Shown: positions 1 through 15,983 of the stretch, in pieces
How the letters are laid out: every line of letters begins with the position of its first letter
Numbering within the stretch: position 1 is the first letter of the stretch
Assembly (NCBI RefSeq): GCF_009914755.1
Contig: NC_060942.1
Length of the DNA: 64,000 bases
DNA from: the human T2T-CHM13v2.0 reference genome, Homo sapiens
Direction: 5' to 3' (one strand)
Position numbers and translations under genes: made by a program
The notes under the pieces: model-generated
Told to the model about the DNA's origin: nothing
The model's database searches: none
What the model saw: only the letters and a program-made list of their open reading frames with translations

Positions 1-539
<539 letters not shown>

Positions 540-1527
540 ACATTTAGCTGTTCTTAATTGGGCTTTTTGAGAAACCCCACCTCCCCATTACATCATGAAG
601 TTACAGAGAGTAGGAACAATGTCTTCATTGTTTTTGCTTTTGGATTCCTCAGATCCTAGCACAGATGTAGGGGCTCAGTAAATACCTGTTGATAGAGAAA
701 TGAGTGCAAGAAGCAGTTGCTTGATTGCCTTATGACCCCATCCAATCATAAATGATGATAAGGGAAGGTATTTGCAGGAATTTTTTTTTCTACTTTTGCT
801 TTCTGCCCTTAAGAAATAGTAGAAGTGACAGAGAGTTGAGATAAGCCAGTCCCACCCCAAGCTTTTTTTTTTTTTTTGCCCAGGATGCCAGAATACTGCA
901 TTGTCTGAAAAAGTGATCATTGCTCCCAGAGAGCCTAATAGCTAAAAAATTTAACATGGAAATCAGGATTCTCCATACAAATAAGAAACTGAGGCACAGT
1001 AGAATGGTGAAGTGAGGAGATTTCCAGATATTCCAAGTGCAAATAGGGGAATATGTTGTAAGAGGATCACATTGGCAGCCTTGACTTCAGGGTCTTTTGC
1101 CCCCTGATTTCAGTTGGTTCTCATGATATTGAGAACTAGGACTAAAGGATATGAATTACAGGAAAGTTCTTCCAGATGCACTATTGGAATCTAGTAATGG
1201 TGGTAGACTTAATAGGGGTAGGCAGGTGCTTGATGAGCACAGCGGAATCAAAAGCAGCACTTTCATCCATAGAAGGCCTTTCATATTTCCTGCCTTTGTC
1301 TTGTGTGGGAAAGGGAGAAGTGTTTGTGCCAGCTTCTGGCACATTGCCGTGTGCCAAGTAGACACTAAAGAAGTACTTATGGAATCAAGCTGAATTTTAT
1401 TAATGGTACTTTCAGAGGAATTACCAATTACAGTACACACCGTAGGTGGGAATCATAGTTCTTCTTGCTTGAAGTCCCCTGTTCCTCTACAAAGTCAGGC
1501 GAGTTTAGGAACAAGTTTCATGATGTC

Positions 1528-1569
1528 TATATATATGTGTGTGTGTGTATATATATACATATATATATG

Positions 1570-1658
<89 letters not shown>

Positions 1659-1667
1659 ATATATATG
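1528..1667. repeat. Compound (TA)n/(TG)n/(CA)n microsatellite at an Alu tail
   Basis: ~140 bp of alternating purine-pyrimidine including ~22 CA units. Confidence 0.97.
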
Positions 1668-1941
1668 TTTTTTCAGGCAGGGTTTCATTCTCTTGCCCAG
1701 GCTGGAGTGCAGTGGCACAATATTGGCTCACTGAAACTTCTGCCTCCTAGGCTCAAGTGATTCTCCCACTGCAGCCTCCTGAGTAGCTAGGACTACAGGT
1801 GCACCCACCACGCCTGGCTAATTTTTGTATTTTTTTGTAGAGATGGGGTTTTGCCGTGTTGCCCGGGCTGGTCTTGAACTCCTGGGCTCAAGTGATCTGC
1901 CAAAGTGCTGGGATTACAGGTGTGAGCCACTGTGCCCGGCC
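1668..1941 (-). mobile_element. Alu (AluJ-like)
   Basis: CTCCTGGGCTCAAGTGATC J-type motif; ends TGTGCCCGGCC. Confidence 0.93.
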
Positions 1942-3890
1942 CTGGTGTCAGTCTCTTAGAGTTCAAATGAGGAGATTGGTCATATCTGAAAACACAAATA
2001 GGCTTGTGAAGATCTCCGTACAAGTTGTTCATTGTTGGTAAGTGACAAGAAGAATGTCTGGAGCCAGTAAATGATTCCAGCACTAAAGAAGCCTTGCCAT
2101 ACCCCAGGAAAAGGGTTACTTTTCATTAGGTGAGTAGTTATAAATGCTAATTATTAATACGTGTACTGTAATGCCTGGGTACTTTCTGGGATGAAGATGT
2201 CATAAACAGAAAACTAGAGTGCAAAGCGATCTCAAAATTAGTCTAATACTCATGTCTGTTTTACTGATGGAGAAGAAATTGGGGCCCCAGAGATACTTAA
2301 AGAGCCAGGATTAGAGCATAGGCTGTTTGATTCCCAGTATAATCACCTATTCATAATGGTAAAGGAGGATATCTTTATTCATTCCATAATTTTTTTTACA
2401 ATATTTAGGAATGGCCTTTCTTCTCAAAGATGTTTTATAATTTGGGGATTATGCCCAATTCTGGGAATTCTTTATGTATCCTTAAAGCTACTGAACATGT
2501 CTTATGGCTTCATGCAATAAGAGGGCACTACAGGTGTCAAGAACATTGTAGAGCTGCTCATGTAGTATACAAGATAACAACTTAATGCCTTAGGCAACAA
2601 GTGCTTTCTGCCAGTAGGAATGAAAATACAAGGCCTATGGAAAAAATTAATTAAAACAAGACATGAGAGTCAGAAGAGGAAATAAACTAATGAAGACAAC
2701 TGATTTGGAAATGGTGTAATAGTAAGAAAAAAAAGGATTGTTTAAGCATACTGGAACAAATTTTTAACTCACTTAAAAGAATATGTTATTAATACTTTCA
2801 GGGCTTTAGTAAAAACTCAGTTGTATATACATATTTATATGATTCTTAGCAACAGTTCATTAACATGTTTATCAATTAATTAGTCAGCATACTTGATTTA
2901 TACCGGGCATCTCTAGAGATCAGAAATAGGTAGGATTAGGATAAAAATTTCACAGAGGAAGATAAAACATACAACAAGAAAGAACTTAAAACATATTTTA
3001 CTTTACTGTTAAATATATTAAAGAGTCTAATAATGAAAATTAGGTTGCATTCTACACCTGTTTCCCAGTCACCCAAATCCCCTAACCAGAGATAACTCCA
3101 TTTCTAGTATACCCTTCCTGAGATAATTCTGTGTATGTACATGCATTTAGGAAAATATATTGAACATATCGTTTGGTACTTTGGAGATTGATGAAAACCT
3201 GTCTATGAGCTAGTGCTCTTAACAGTGTAACATGCTATCTTGTGATGTATCTGAGAAGTGTCACTTGTTCAACAAAGTGAAAAAGGGGACATTTATGCTT
3301 AACTCTGAGAAACAAATAGTGTTTCACAGGCAGAGATGGGCTGATGGGTTTTTTAGGGAAGGGAGTTGCATGAGCAGAGATGTAGAGGCAGAAAAACATG
3401 GGCCTTAATCCTTGTTAGGGCAAATAATCATTTTGGAGAATCATGGGGAAGGTGGATGGAGTGGTAGGAGGGAAGCCTGGCTGCCTGCGCTGTTAGGATT
3501 ATCATCTGTGGCTATTCCTTGGCTTTTATCTCTTTCTCATCATGTCTAGAGCCAGGCCCCAGATACTATAAGCCCAGGGTGTAAGAGTTCATAGGGATAG
3601 GAGAGGGCACACACCCACTCTTCGAGTGTCCTCTCTCATCCCGCCCTTGACTCTTAGTCACTGACTAATCTTTTACTTAAAACAACTAAGCTGTGATGTT
3701 GTTTTAACCCTGCCTAAAATCCAAGGAGTCCACAGGCTGCCAGGCAACCTTAATTATTCTTTAGTTTACTCATCAGTAGTCCCTGAACATAAAGTACACT
3801 TACACGCATAGTCAGCAAGGACTTTCTCAATGGGTTATTTCACTACTTGAAGCTCTCTGGTGACATTTGGAAGTAATAAAAATAACTGCT

Positions 3891-4113
3891 TGTATTTATT
3901 GAGCATTGTGTACTCAACCGAGTACATTGTATTGATTGTGTCATTTCATCCTTATCACCATCCTTAGACATATATGCTATGATTATCTCCATCTTAGTAA
4001 TAAAAAAACAGGTAGAAGTCTAGTACACTACACTTGAGTTCACACAGTAAGTGCCAGAGCTGGGATTTGAATCCAGGCAGCCTGATTTCAAAGCCTGAAC
4101 TATTAGCCAGTAC
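3891..4113 (-). mobile_element. MIR
   Basis: TTTATTGAGC ... GCCAGAGCTGGGATTTGAATCCAGGCAGCCTGA, reverse of the MIR core. Confidence 0.8.
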
Positions 4114-4422
4114 ATCATATTGATTTAAAGGAAACACATTAAGAAAGTATGAGAGACACATGTTCTGTATTCAATAGATGATGACAAACAATGAAGTGTG
4201 ACTGTTATTTAACAGTATATAACAGACCTTTATATTTCAAATTTCATGAACTGAGTGGTTTTGGGCCCATTGAGGCCTTTGTTTTGTCATTTTAATATTT
4301 AAATAAAAATATCTTTGGATGTCTTTAGATGGGGCATGCACTCTTCTTTCATGCATGTCCCATATCACCCCACAAATTTATGGCATTAGTGTATTGTCAT
4401 GTTAGTTCAGAATTAATTTATT

Positions 4423-4736
<314 letters not shown>

Positions 4737-4779
4737 TTATTATGTTAGTCCAGAATGTAGCCCCCACTCATGCAGGTTG

Positions 4780-5476
4780 CTGTTTAAGTTAAGTAGAGGG
4801 GAAAAAGGGATGATGCCAGCCATGCAGGTTTCTTTTATCAGGGAAGGAAAACCTTTCCCAGAAATCCCTGCGGTGGACTTTCCATTAGGTTTCTTAGCTA
4901 GAACTGGGCTGCATGACCATCCCTCACTACAGGGGAGGCTAAAAGCGTGGGGAACAGAATTCTCATGATGAGTTTAGACCAACCAAAATCTTCCCTTAAA
5001 GCTGTGCAAATTGGCACCCCAAACAAAACTGGAGTCCTGTTAGCAAAGAAGTGGGGGTAGATACTAAAAACAGGACTAAGAATATCTGTCATTCATTATG
5101 TTCTTTAAAATTATGATTGACTACACACTACCCTCACAATGGAATGATTCATTAGGATAAGCTAACTGCTGTAGCACACATCCTTAAAATTCCACTGGCT
5201 TAATTACTTGCTCATGCTGTAGTCTGACACGGTGAGACACTTCTCCTTGCCGTCACTCAGGGATCCAGGTCCTTTCATCTTGTTCCACTACTATCTTCCA
5301 ATTCTAGACTTCAAGATTGCTGTGGAAGGAAGAGAGCATATAGGGAAGGCAAACAACTCTTAACTGTCTTGTCCTTCACATCAGCCACGTTCCATTGTCA
5401 GAGCTAGGAAATGTTCGACCTTGTCTCCAGGGAGAGGAAGTGGGTTTGCTGTGCATCTAGCCAGCCTCTGCCACAC
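4780..5476 (-). mobile_element. Two adjacent old MaLR LTR remnants (MLT1K/L-like)
   Basis: AACAAAACTGGAGTCCTGTTAGCAAAGAAG and CACTCAGGGATCCAGG ... GCCTCTGCCACA resemble MLT1 consensus segments. Confidence 0.6.
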
Positions 5477-6002
5477 TGCAGTTGAGTGAAATCTAGTTGT
5501 CACTGAAGACAGCTGACAAAATGGATAAAGGTATTTTTTTACAAATGTAAAAAATGGCTTTCATAAGAAGTTATAAATGGACTTATAATTTTTTGATATT
5601 TCTTAAAGATATTTCACCTACTTTTCCTCTTTATCAACGGTTAAAATATGAGGCAGCCTCAAGCACGTTATTTCCAAAACACCTTCCTTGACCTCTCCAG
5701 ACAATAAGCAGCTCACTGCATTTACTTCTGTGCTGGGCTACCCCTTAGCTGTAATAACTGGTTGGCATACATCTCACTTGGCTCAAAACTCAGAGGGTGA
5801 AGACTATGTACAGTTCATCTTTTAATCACCAGGGCCTAATGCCAAGAAGATAATAAAAAAAGATGTAATTGAATTAATGTCCAAATAGATAAATGCATGT
5901 ATTGACAAGAGTAAAACTTCAGACTAAAAAGAGAAAAAGCTAGTTTTAAATTCATGAAAATTTTTATTTATATAATTTTTATAAAAATGTTTTTCTCTGG
6001 CA

Positions 6003-6305
6003 GGCTGGGCACAGTGGCTCATGCCTGTAATCCCAGTACTTTGGGAGGCTGAGGCGGGTGGATCACCTGAGGTCAGGAGTTTGAGACCAGCATGGCCAAC
6101 ATGGCGAAACCCCATCTTTACTAAAAATACAAAAATTAACTCGATGTGGTTGCGGGTGCCTGTAATCCCAGCTACTGGGGAGGCTGAGGCAGGGAGAATC
6201 GCTTGAACCCGGGAGGCGGAGGTTGCAGTGAGCTGAGATTGTGCCGCTGCACTCCAGCCTGGGTGACAGAATGAGACTCCATCTCAAAAAAAACAAAAAA
6301 CAAAA
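6003..6305 (+). mobile_element. Alu (AluSx-like)
   Basis: GGATCACCTGAGGTCAGGAG, full dimer, A-rich tail. Confidence 0.95.
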
Positions 6306-7059
6306 GTTTGTAGCATAAATGATAATGATAATTTGAACTAGCTGCTCACAAATAATTAACATATGTAGTAATATTTTGTCACATCTAGTTCTATTCAAGT
6401 GATTATGAGGTGAAGATCTTAAATTTTTTTCATAAATATATTAAGTATGCTGTTCAGTTTGAGTGGCCTTATATTTCACATCTGTGAAGAATAAATGAGA
6501 TTTTTATTTTATTAATAATATTTGTCATACTTAACTATTTTAATTGTCTATTCATTAATTCAACCAACATTCAGTGAGTTCCTACGCAAACAGAAGATAA
6601 CTAATACACACACTAATCTGTAATTATATAATTAAATGATTTTATTCGTTGGGATGAGGGCTAGAAAAGGTTAGACTAACTGGGAGTTCATAATTTGTCT
6701 TGGAGATTTAAGAAAGTTTTTGAAGAGGTTTTCTGTGTTGAGATGAAGAGGAAGATTGAGACAAAGCACAATGGAGAGTAGGGGAGAGAGCACTTCAGAA
6801 TGTTTGAAGGTGCTAAGAGGAAGTGCTTGACACACGGGAGGAACTGAGAAAGAAGGCTAGGGCCATCGGCTGGAGGGACAGGACAGGTGGAGATGTAAGC
6901 ATGGGCCTCCAGACCATGGTAAGGCCACTGGATCTTTACTTTAATGCATTTGTGCATGTGATTAAAAAAAAATGAAAGAAAAACTTACTGTTTTAGATGA
7001 CAATGTATAATAAACATTTTAGCCATCATAAAATATTTTAGAATAAGATATGTAAATAC

Positions 7060-7425
7060 TGTCTTAGTGCATTTTGGTTGCTATAACAAAAATACCACAA
7101 ACTGGTTGGCTTATCAACAACAAATATTTATTTCTTACAATTCTAGACGCTTGGAAGTCCAAGATCAAGGCACCAACAGATTTGGTATCTGCTAAGGGTC
7201 CATTTCTTGATTCACAGATGATGCCTTCTAGCTGTATCCTCACATGGTAGAGGGGGCAATGGAGCTCTCTGGGGTCTTTTTTATAAGGTCACTAATTTCA
7301 TTCATGAGGGATATAACCTTATGACCTGATTACCTCCCAAAAACTTAACTCCTAAAACCATCACCTTGGGGGTTAGGATTTCAACATATGAATTTTGGAG
7401 TGACACAAACATTCAGATCATAGCA
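7060..7425 (-). mobile_element. Solo LTR, MLT1A-like (ERVL-MaLR)
   Basis: TG...CA termini (TGTCTTAGT ... ATCATAGCA), ~366 bp, perfect 5-bp TSD AATAC at 7055-7059 and 7426-7430. Confidence 0.9.
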
Positions 7426-7468
7426 AATACCAAGTATATATATATATACACACACACAAACAACACAA

Positions 7469-7632
7469 TTTTTATTTTTATTTTTTGAGACTGGGTCTCA
7501 CTCTGTTGCCCAGGCTGGAGTCCCGTGGCATGATAACGGCTCACTGCAGTCTCCACTTCCCAGGCTCAGGTGATTCTCCCACCTCAGCCTCCTGAGTAGC
7601 TGTGACCACAGACATGTGCCACCATGCCCGGC
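7469..7632 (-). mobile_element. Alu right monomer (FRAM/AluJ)
   Basis: Single right-arm monomer with T-rich tail. Confidence 0.85.
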
Positions 7633-7669
7633 AAATTTATTTAGTTTTTATTTTTCAATTAAAAATACC

Positions 7670-7961
<292 letters not shown>

Positions 7962-8018
7962 TTAATTTAAAAAATTTTAAAATACCACACTTGTAATAAC
8001 AATGAAAAAAATAAAATA

Positions 8019-8327
<309 letters not shown>

Positions 8328-8516
8328 TCATAAAGGGAAGGAGAGAAACTAAACTAGTTGAGAGAAATGTAGGAAATAGGTTTAAATAAGTGGGGGAAAA
8401 TATTTTTGTTACAAGTATGTTATTTTAAAATTTTTAATTATTTATTTTTTTAGAGCTGGGGTCTTCTTCTTTTGCCCAGGCTGAAGTGCAGTAGCAGTAT
8501 ATATAATAAACAAAAA

Positions 8517-8781
<265 letters not shown>

Positions 8782-8803
8782 TCAGAAGAAAGGGATCTAG
8801 GGC

Positions 8804-9000
8804 AGAAGTTGACAAACTCATCCTAGACCAAATCCAGTCCATGTCTTATTTTGAAAATAAAGTTTTATTGAAACATGGCCATGCTTGTTCACTTGCATAT
8901 CGTCTCTGACTGCATTTGAGCTACAGTGACGGAGTTGAATGTGACGTCGTTGAATGTGACGTCAAAACCAGCGATGTTTAGTCTCAGTTTCCTGACCTCT
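8804..9000. mobile_element. MER58A-like hAT fossil
   Basis: AAATAAAGTTTTATTGAAACATGGCCATGCTTGTTCA core. Confidence 0.75.
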
Positions 9001-9809
9001 TATATAAAGAAAAATCCACTGTTGGTGGTCTTGGAAGACAATGTAGAGTCTCTTCTCTTTGGGATGGTTTTTGGTGGTTCCGTTTAGCTTCAGGAGAATG
9101 GACCAGTTGGGCTCTTGAGGTTCCTTCCTCATTCTCATTCTGTTTTATCTTGAACTTGTCTTGGGTCAGGTTTTTACATGCGAATGCCTACATAAGACCT
9201 GTCCTCTCTTATGCATTTATTCCCATTGGATCAGTCCTCAATCGACCAGTCTTTCTACCCTGATGACCTTCTTCTGCGACACCACCTCTTCCGTGGTAAA
9301 CCAGTCCCGGAGGCCTCGGTGTTTTTAAGACCCATTCTCTGACCTTCATCAATACCTAACTCTCCAACCATTTATTCTTCTTTGCTCTTGCACTCAGGTT
9401 GTTGAGTTTTATTGAAGAAATTCACACAACCTGGGAAATGGGTGGTTCATTCCCACCCGTTCTACATTCACGGTCTCTCCCCTGGGCTGGGAACGCTGCC
9501 CTGAAATCTTACATGATTCCAAATAAGCTCCTCTCCAGTTACCTCTAAAGGGTGGCCAGCCTAACCTTTCTTCTCTCACATCAGCATGCCTGTTCCACCA
9601 TCCTTTCCAGCTCTCTGAAAATGAACTTGGCTTCTACTGCACAGAGAAAATGGAGGCCTTCATGTAGTAAGTCCTGGATCTTAACCTTGTCTCATTCCTC
9701 AGAGTGAGGAATCCACTTGTGACACCTTCCTTCTGCTTTATTGTAAGCATTTTATCTCTAAAATGTTTTCTTTAGCTTATAAATTAGTTCATTTCTAGTC
9801 TTTCTATTA

Positions 9810-10285
<476 letters not shown>

Positions 10286-10379
10286 CAGCCCAGCCTTTTG
10301 AATACAGGCTGTCCACTTGTCACCAGTTCCTCACTATGTCATAAGATTTAGCCTCCTGTGAGGCTCGTGCAGGTGCCCT

Positions 10380-10960
10380 GGCCAGGTTGCCATGCTAGGG
10401 GTACCCTTTTCATCCTTGTCTTCTTGGATTCTTTGGCGCTTATGATAGAGTTGGCTTTTGCCTCATTCTTAAAATGTGCTTCATTTTCTTTGTTGATACT
10501 GTTCTCTTTTAGTTTCCCACTTTGGTTTTTCCTCAGCTGCTTTGCATGCTCTTACTCATTTTCCTGCCTCTTAAGTAGAATTTCAATCCTTAGCCCCTTT
10601 TGTCACCTTCTTCCTAGGCAATCCCATGACCTTTGTACTAATGATTTGTAAATCTCTAGTCCCAGCCTAGGCCTTTGTGTAAACTCCTCCATTAAGTGCC
10701 TACTAGGAGATCTGCATGCCTAGATGTTCTAATGTGATCTCAAACTGAACATAGTCAAAACTCAACTCCCTGTCACCCCTGTCATGCCATCCACACCATG
10801 CCGTGCTGCACCCTGTCATACCGCATGAGCCACCAGACCGTCATGCTCTGTGACTTGTCTGTCTGCCCAATTCTATTTTGAGCTTCTTGAGGGCAGGGAT
10901 CTCATTTTTTATCTCTGTATCTTCAGTGTCCGGTACATTGAGTCTGCTCAATGAATGTGT
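10380..10960 (+). mobile_element. L2 3' remnant
   Basis: CTCAAACTGAACATAGTCAAAACTCAACTCC and GAGCTTCTTGAGGGCAGGGA ... GCTCAATGAATG L2 end motifs. Confidence 0.7.
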
Positions 10961-11155
10961 GAGAGAATGGAAGTAAGGAAGAAGAGTGAAAGCAAGAAAG
11001 TGCCAAAAATGTTCTCCTTACTCTAGGGCCTGCTGATAAAACACAACAAAAACTCATGAGGCCTGTCGAAATGGGTATAGCCATGACAAGTGACTTTTTA
11101 TTTAGTGTTGAAGCCATTTAGGCTTATAGATTGAAGGATATTAAAGTTACAACAA

Positions 11156-11491
<336 letters not shown>

Positions 11492-12704
11492 TTACAACAG
11501 CATCCTCCTCAAAACATGAAGTTTAGTGGTAAATGTTGAGAATTTTACATTTAACATTTAGCACACTTTTGCTTCGTACCTGAATTTTTGGTACTTGGTG
11601 GTATTGAGAGCACTCAGTGTAAAGTGTTCTGGGTGTAAAATGTTCTGGTATCAACTGTTTCTCAGTACTTTGAAGTCAGAATACTAATCCTTGAGCAATT
11701 CATAACACCAACTAAAAGATATGCAACCAAAAAAACACCAGTCATGTGGTAGATGTGTAGAAAAATTATGATTTTCAGAGTCCAGATTTGAATAAAATAT
11801 CAGTCAGAAATCATAAGGAAAAGATATGTATGCCAAACTCAGTGCAGAAACCAATTGATTATGTATTTTTAAAATTCAGATTGTCTTAATGTCAATGTTT
11901 CATTAAGAAAAACTCAAGACTTTTGGAAATTTGAAACTAATTAACATTAGAATAGTCTAATAGTTACATTAGAATAGCAATAGTTCCTATACATCTGAAC
12001 ACATGTCCTATGAAGTAGTGTTATTTACAGCTAACTCCATGTTTCTTAATTTTCCTGACAAATACCTTATTGTAAAAATAAGCATTCAATAAAGTAAAAA
12101 AATCATTAAGACATTACCAAATCTAATATTTATATTAAAATCATTCTAAAAATGCAGTTTGTCTCATCATTTCAAATCCCTTCCTTGTTTAAAGAAAAGA
12201 TTACATTTTAGAAAATTTGAGAAATAGAGAAAAAGGGCATCTATAATCCCACCAACTTCTTATAGCTTTTTGCAGAAACGTTTATTTTCATAATTGTAAT
12301 TATATATGTAATTTTATATTCTTATTTTAAAGTTAGTATTTCTCTCATGAATATTTTTCTGTGATGTTACTGAATAGTTATTATTATAATTTCTTATGGA
12401 AGCCTAATTCCATCTAATTATATGCCTAAATTTCTTTATCATTTACTGGATACTTTAAATGAGATCCAGTGTTTTACTCTGTACTTACGGATCCCTTCCC
12501 AGCATACTTTGTACTTTTTCCTTAGGGTAGATTTTTGGAAGTAAAGTATTCAGTTGAAAGTTATACTTTTAGATACATAATATCTTAATAATTTTCCAAA
12601 AGATTCTTCCAATTTTTAATTCCCCCGGAATGTAAGAGTACCAATTTCACTGCGAATTTAGCGGGTTTAAAATTTTTTTCTTAAAGAAATGGGGTCTTGC
12701 TGTG

Positions 12705-12865
12705 TTCATTTTAAGAGGTGGGGTCTTGCTATGTTGCCCAGGCTGGAGTGCAGTGGTTTTTCACAGGATCGATCATCACGCACCACACAAACTCCTGGGC
12801 TCAAGCAATCCTCCCACCCCAGCCATGAGAGTAGCTGGGACTACAGGTGCATGCCACCTGTGGCT
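12705..12865 (-). mobile_element. FAM (fossil Alu monomer, 7SL-derived)
   Basis: GTGG-TTTTCACAGG-ATCGATCATCACGCAC matches the 7SL-like FAM segment absent from dimeric Alus; TSD similar to ATTTAGC(G/A)GGTTT. Confidence 0.8.
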
Positions 12866-12924
12866 GTCCTGATTTAGCAGGTTTTTAAAAAACAGTACTT
12901 TATTGGTTGTTTTTTGTTTTGTTT

Positions 12925-13625
12925 TTAGTTTGTAGACTATTTTAGAGCAGTGTTAGCTTTACAGAAAAATGAAGCAGAAAGTACAGAGGCTCCCAAATAT
13001 ACCGTTTTGAACCCCTCTGCCAGTTTCCTCTATTATTAGTATTTTGCATTACTGTAGTATATTTGTTACAGTTGATGAATGAATATTTACACATTATTAA
13101 CTAAAATTCATAGTTTATATTAGGGTTCACTCTTTGTGTTGTACATTGTATGGGTTTTGACACATACATAGTTTCATCTGTTACTATTAGCATATCATGC
13201 AGGATAGTTTGATTGTGCTCTACCGTTGTACTAAAAATCCTTTGAGCTCCACCAGTTCATTCCTCTCTCCCTCCCTGTGAGTTCTGGGCAACCATAGGTC
13301 TTACTGCCTCTTGAATCTTGCCTGTTCCCAGAATGTCATATAGTTGGAATCAGATAGTAGGTAGGCTTTTCAGATTGGCTTCCTTCACTTAGCAATATAC
13401 ATTTAAGGTTCTACCATGTCTTTTTGTGGCTTAATATCTCCTTTCTTTCTTTTTTTTTTTTTTTACTGAATAATATTCCATGGTGTGGATGTACCACAGT
13501 TTACCTATTCACCTTTTGAAGAACATCTTGGTTGCCTCTAGTTTGGGCAATTATAAATAAAGCTGCTAAAAACACTTGTGTGCAGGTTTGTTTGTATAGA
13601 TATAAGGTTTCAACTTGTGGGTAAA
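12925..13625 (-). mobile_element. L1MC-like 3' end
   Basis: TTTTAGAGCAGTGTTAG ... GCAGAAAGTACAGAG and TATTCCATGGTGTGGATGTACCACAGTTT. Confidence 0.85.
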
Positions 13626-15048
13626 GTATATGTATTTATATCTACTTGTTATTGTTTAATACATATATTGTCTTCTCTTCCATCTCGAATGTATTAATGA
13701 AATAAGTGTTTAAACACTTTTTTTCTCCCTTCAGAGCCTGTTTTCTCCAGGTTGCTTTTTGTTTGCTTGTTTTGTTCTCTATTTTCCATGTCTGAGATGT
13801 TTCTCAGTTGTCTAATAATTCTGGTTGTCTGCTCTTATTTAAGAGTAGTGCCCCATAAAGCTGATAAGAAGCTGTAATCCATGCTTTCTCGCTCTTTCAC
13901 TGAGAAATGCCTACTGTCAGTATGTTAAGCATTTCTCCTTGGACTGGTTAGATTCTACAGAGAGAAACCTAGCCTCCTGTCATGATGGTGTAGGACTGGT
14001 TACTATCTTTCTGGGAGCTGAGTTGGAAAAGAGGTCTGGAGGTAGGTGGACTCAGCTTTCAGTATATACAATGTTCACCTAATCCCCTTGTTTGCAGAAT
14101 GGCACCCCCACCCACAACTCTGGCTGTCCAGCTTTCTGTAGAAAAGGGAAGGTATAGTTGCCTGCCTGGAAGTGAAGAAGGTATCTGGGGATTGATCTGA
14201 CTTTGTAAAAGAGAATTTCAGTTAATTTCTCCTGTTAATAACCTCACCTTTGTCTCCATACCTGGAACCTAACCTGGTGCTGCCTTTGGGGAGGTGGTGT
14301 GGTTTATTGTGTAAAACTAGTTGTTTCTAAGCTTCCCTCATTGCTGAGTTGAGATTCAACTTCTCATTGCTGCAAGGTCAATTATTGCCTGTCCATTTGC
14401 TTTCAAGTTTATAAATGTTGTTGCTGTTTCATTTACTTCTGTCTTTTGTCCTTCTGATTTCATGCCTTTAAAAACCTCTTTACTATACTTTTAGTTGGGT
14501 TTTGGTAGGAAGAGAAAATAAATGCATTTGTACAATCTGCCATATTTATGTGGAATACTCATGTATCTTTTTGTTAAAGGGAAGGTTTAAAAACTCTATA
14601 GGTAATAGAAGCTAATTGGCTAAAAACGTCAGAAAAATATTTTTCAAAATGTTAATTAATATTTGCTATAAACAGACCCTTGCATAAAATTTTGGTACAT
14701 GTCCATTCTGACTTTTCTGTATGAATACATAACATGATTTATTTTCATTTTTGTGTGTCTCAAAGATACAATTATTAGAGATAGAAAGCAGTTGAGAATT
14801 GGCTGTAAACAGGCATGAGGGATATTTTTGAGGTGACATCTTCAAACTGGATTGTGGTAATGGTTGCATAACTCTACAAATTTGTGGAAAACTTTTGAAA
14901 TACATACCTACAATGGGTGTGTTTTATGGTATGTAAGTTATAACTGGATAAAGTTGTTTTAGAAATTTCCCACTAACCAGCCAAAGAAAACTCAAATCAT
15001 TATAACATATATATTATAAATATCTGTTCACTTAAAAATTTATTGTGT

Positions 15049-15342
15049 GGCTAGGCACAGCAGCTCATGTCTGTAATCCCAGCACTTTGGGAGGCCAAGG
15101 CAGGAGGATCACTCGAGCCTAAGAATTTGAGACCAGCCTGAGTGACTTAGTGACACCCCACATTTACGAAAAATTTAAAAAAAAGAAGCCAGGGGTGGTG
15201 GCATGTGCCTGTAGCCCCAGCTACTCAAGACGCTGTCAGGAGGATCACTTAAGCCCAGGAGTTCAAGCCTGCAGTGAGCTGTGATGGAGCCACTGCATTC
15301 CAGCCTGGGCAACAGAGCAAGACCCCATCTCTTAAAAAAAAA
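15049..15342 (+). mobile_element. Alu (AluJ-like)
   Basis: Full dimer with J diagnostics and A tail. Confidence 0.93.
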
Positions 15343-15623
15343 TTATGGTGAATACCTTTCATGTCGACAAATTAAATTTAGATCTATAAAGTATAAATGG
15401 TGTTTAATTAACACATTGTATTTCTCCCCTACTCTTTTCCCCTCACCTTACAAAATATATGAAATCCACTTTCATAATAAATTTTTGCTTACCTCTTTTC
15501 ATTCTTGTTTATATGCTTACATACTGATGCATAGTTATAATTATTGTATGAAATTTAAATTGTGATGATAAAACAGCACGCTAACCATTTTTCCATATGC
15601 TACATAGTTATTGTTGACAGTTA

Positions 15624-15983
<360 letters not shown>

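Noticed and set aside
1403-1760. Overlapping ORFs rich in HT/YI/CV
   Set aside because: Read-through of a dinucleotide microsatellite
9260-9342. TGATGA...CTGA spaced like a C/D snoRNA
   Set aside because: No terminal stem or clear C'/D' boxes; lies in L2-like degenerate sequence
10358-10651. 97-aa hydrophobic ORF resembling a membrane microprotein
   Set aside because: GTG start, lies in a pyrimidine-rich L2 remnant that naturally yields F/L/S-rich frames, and I recognise no homologue
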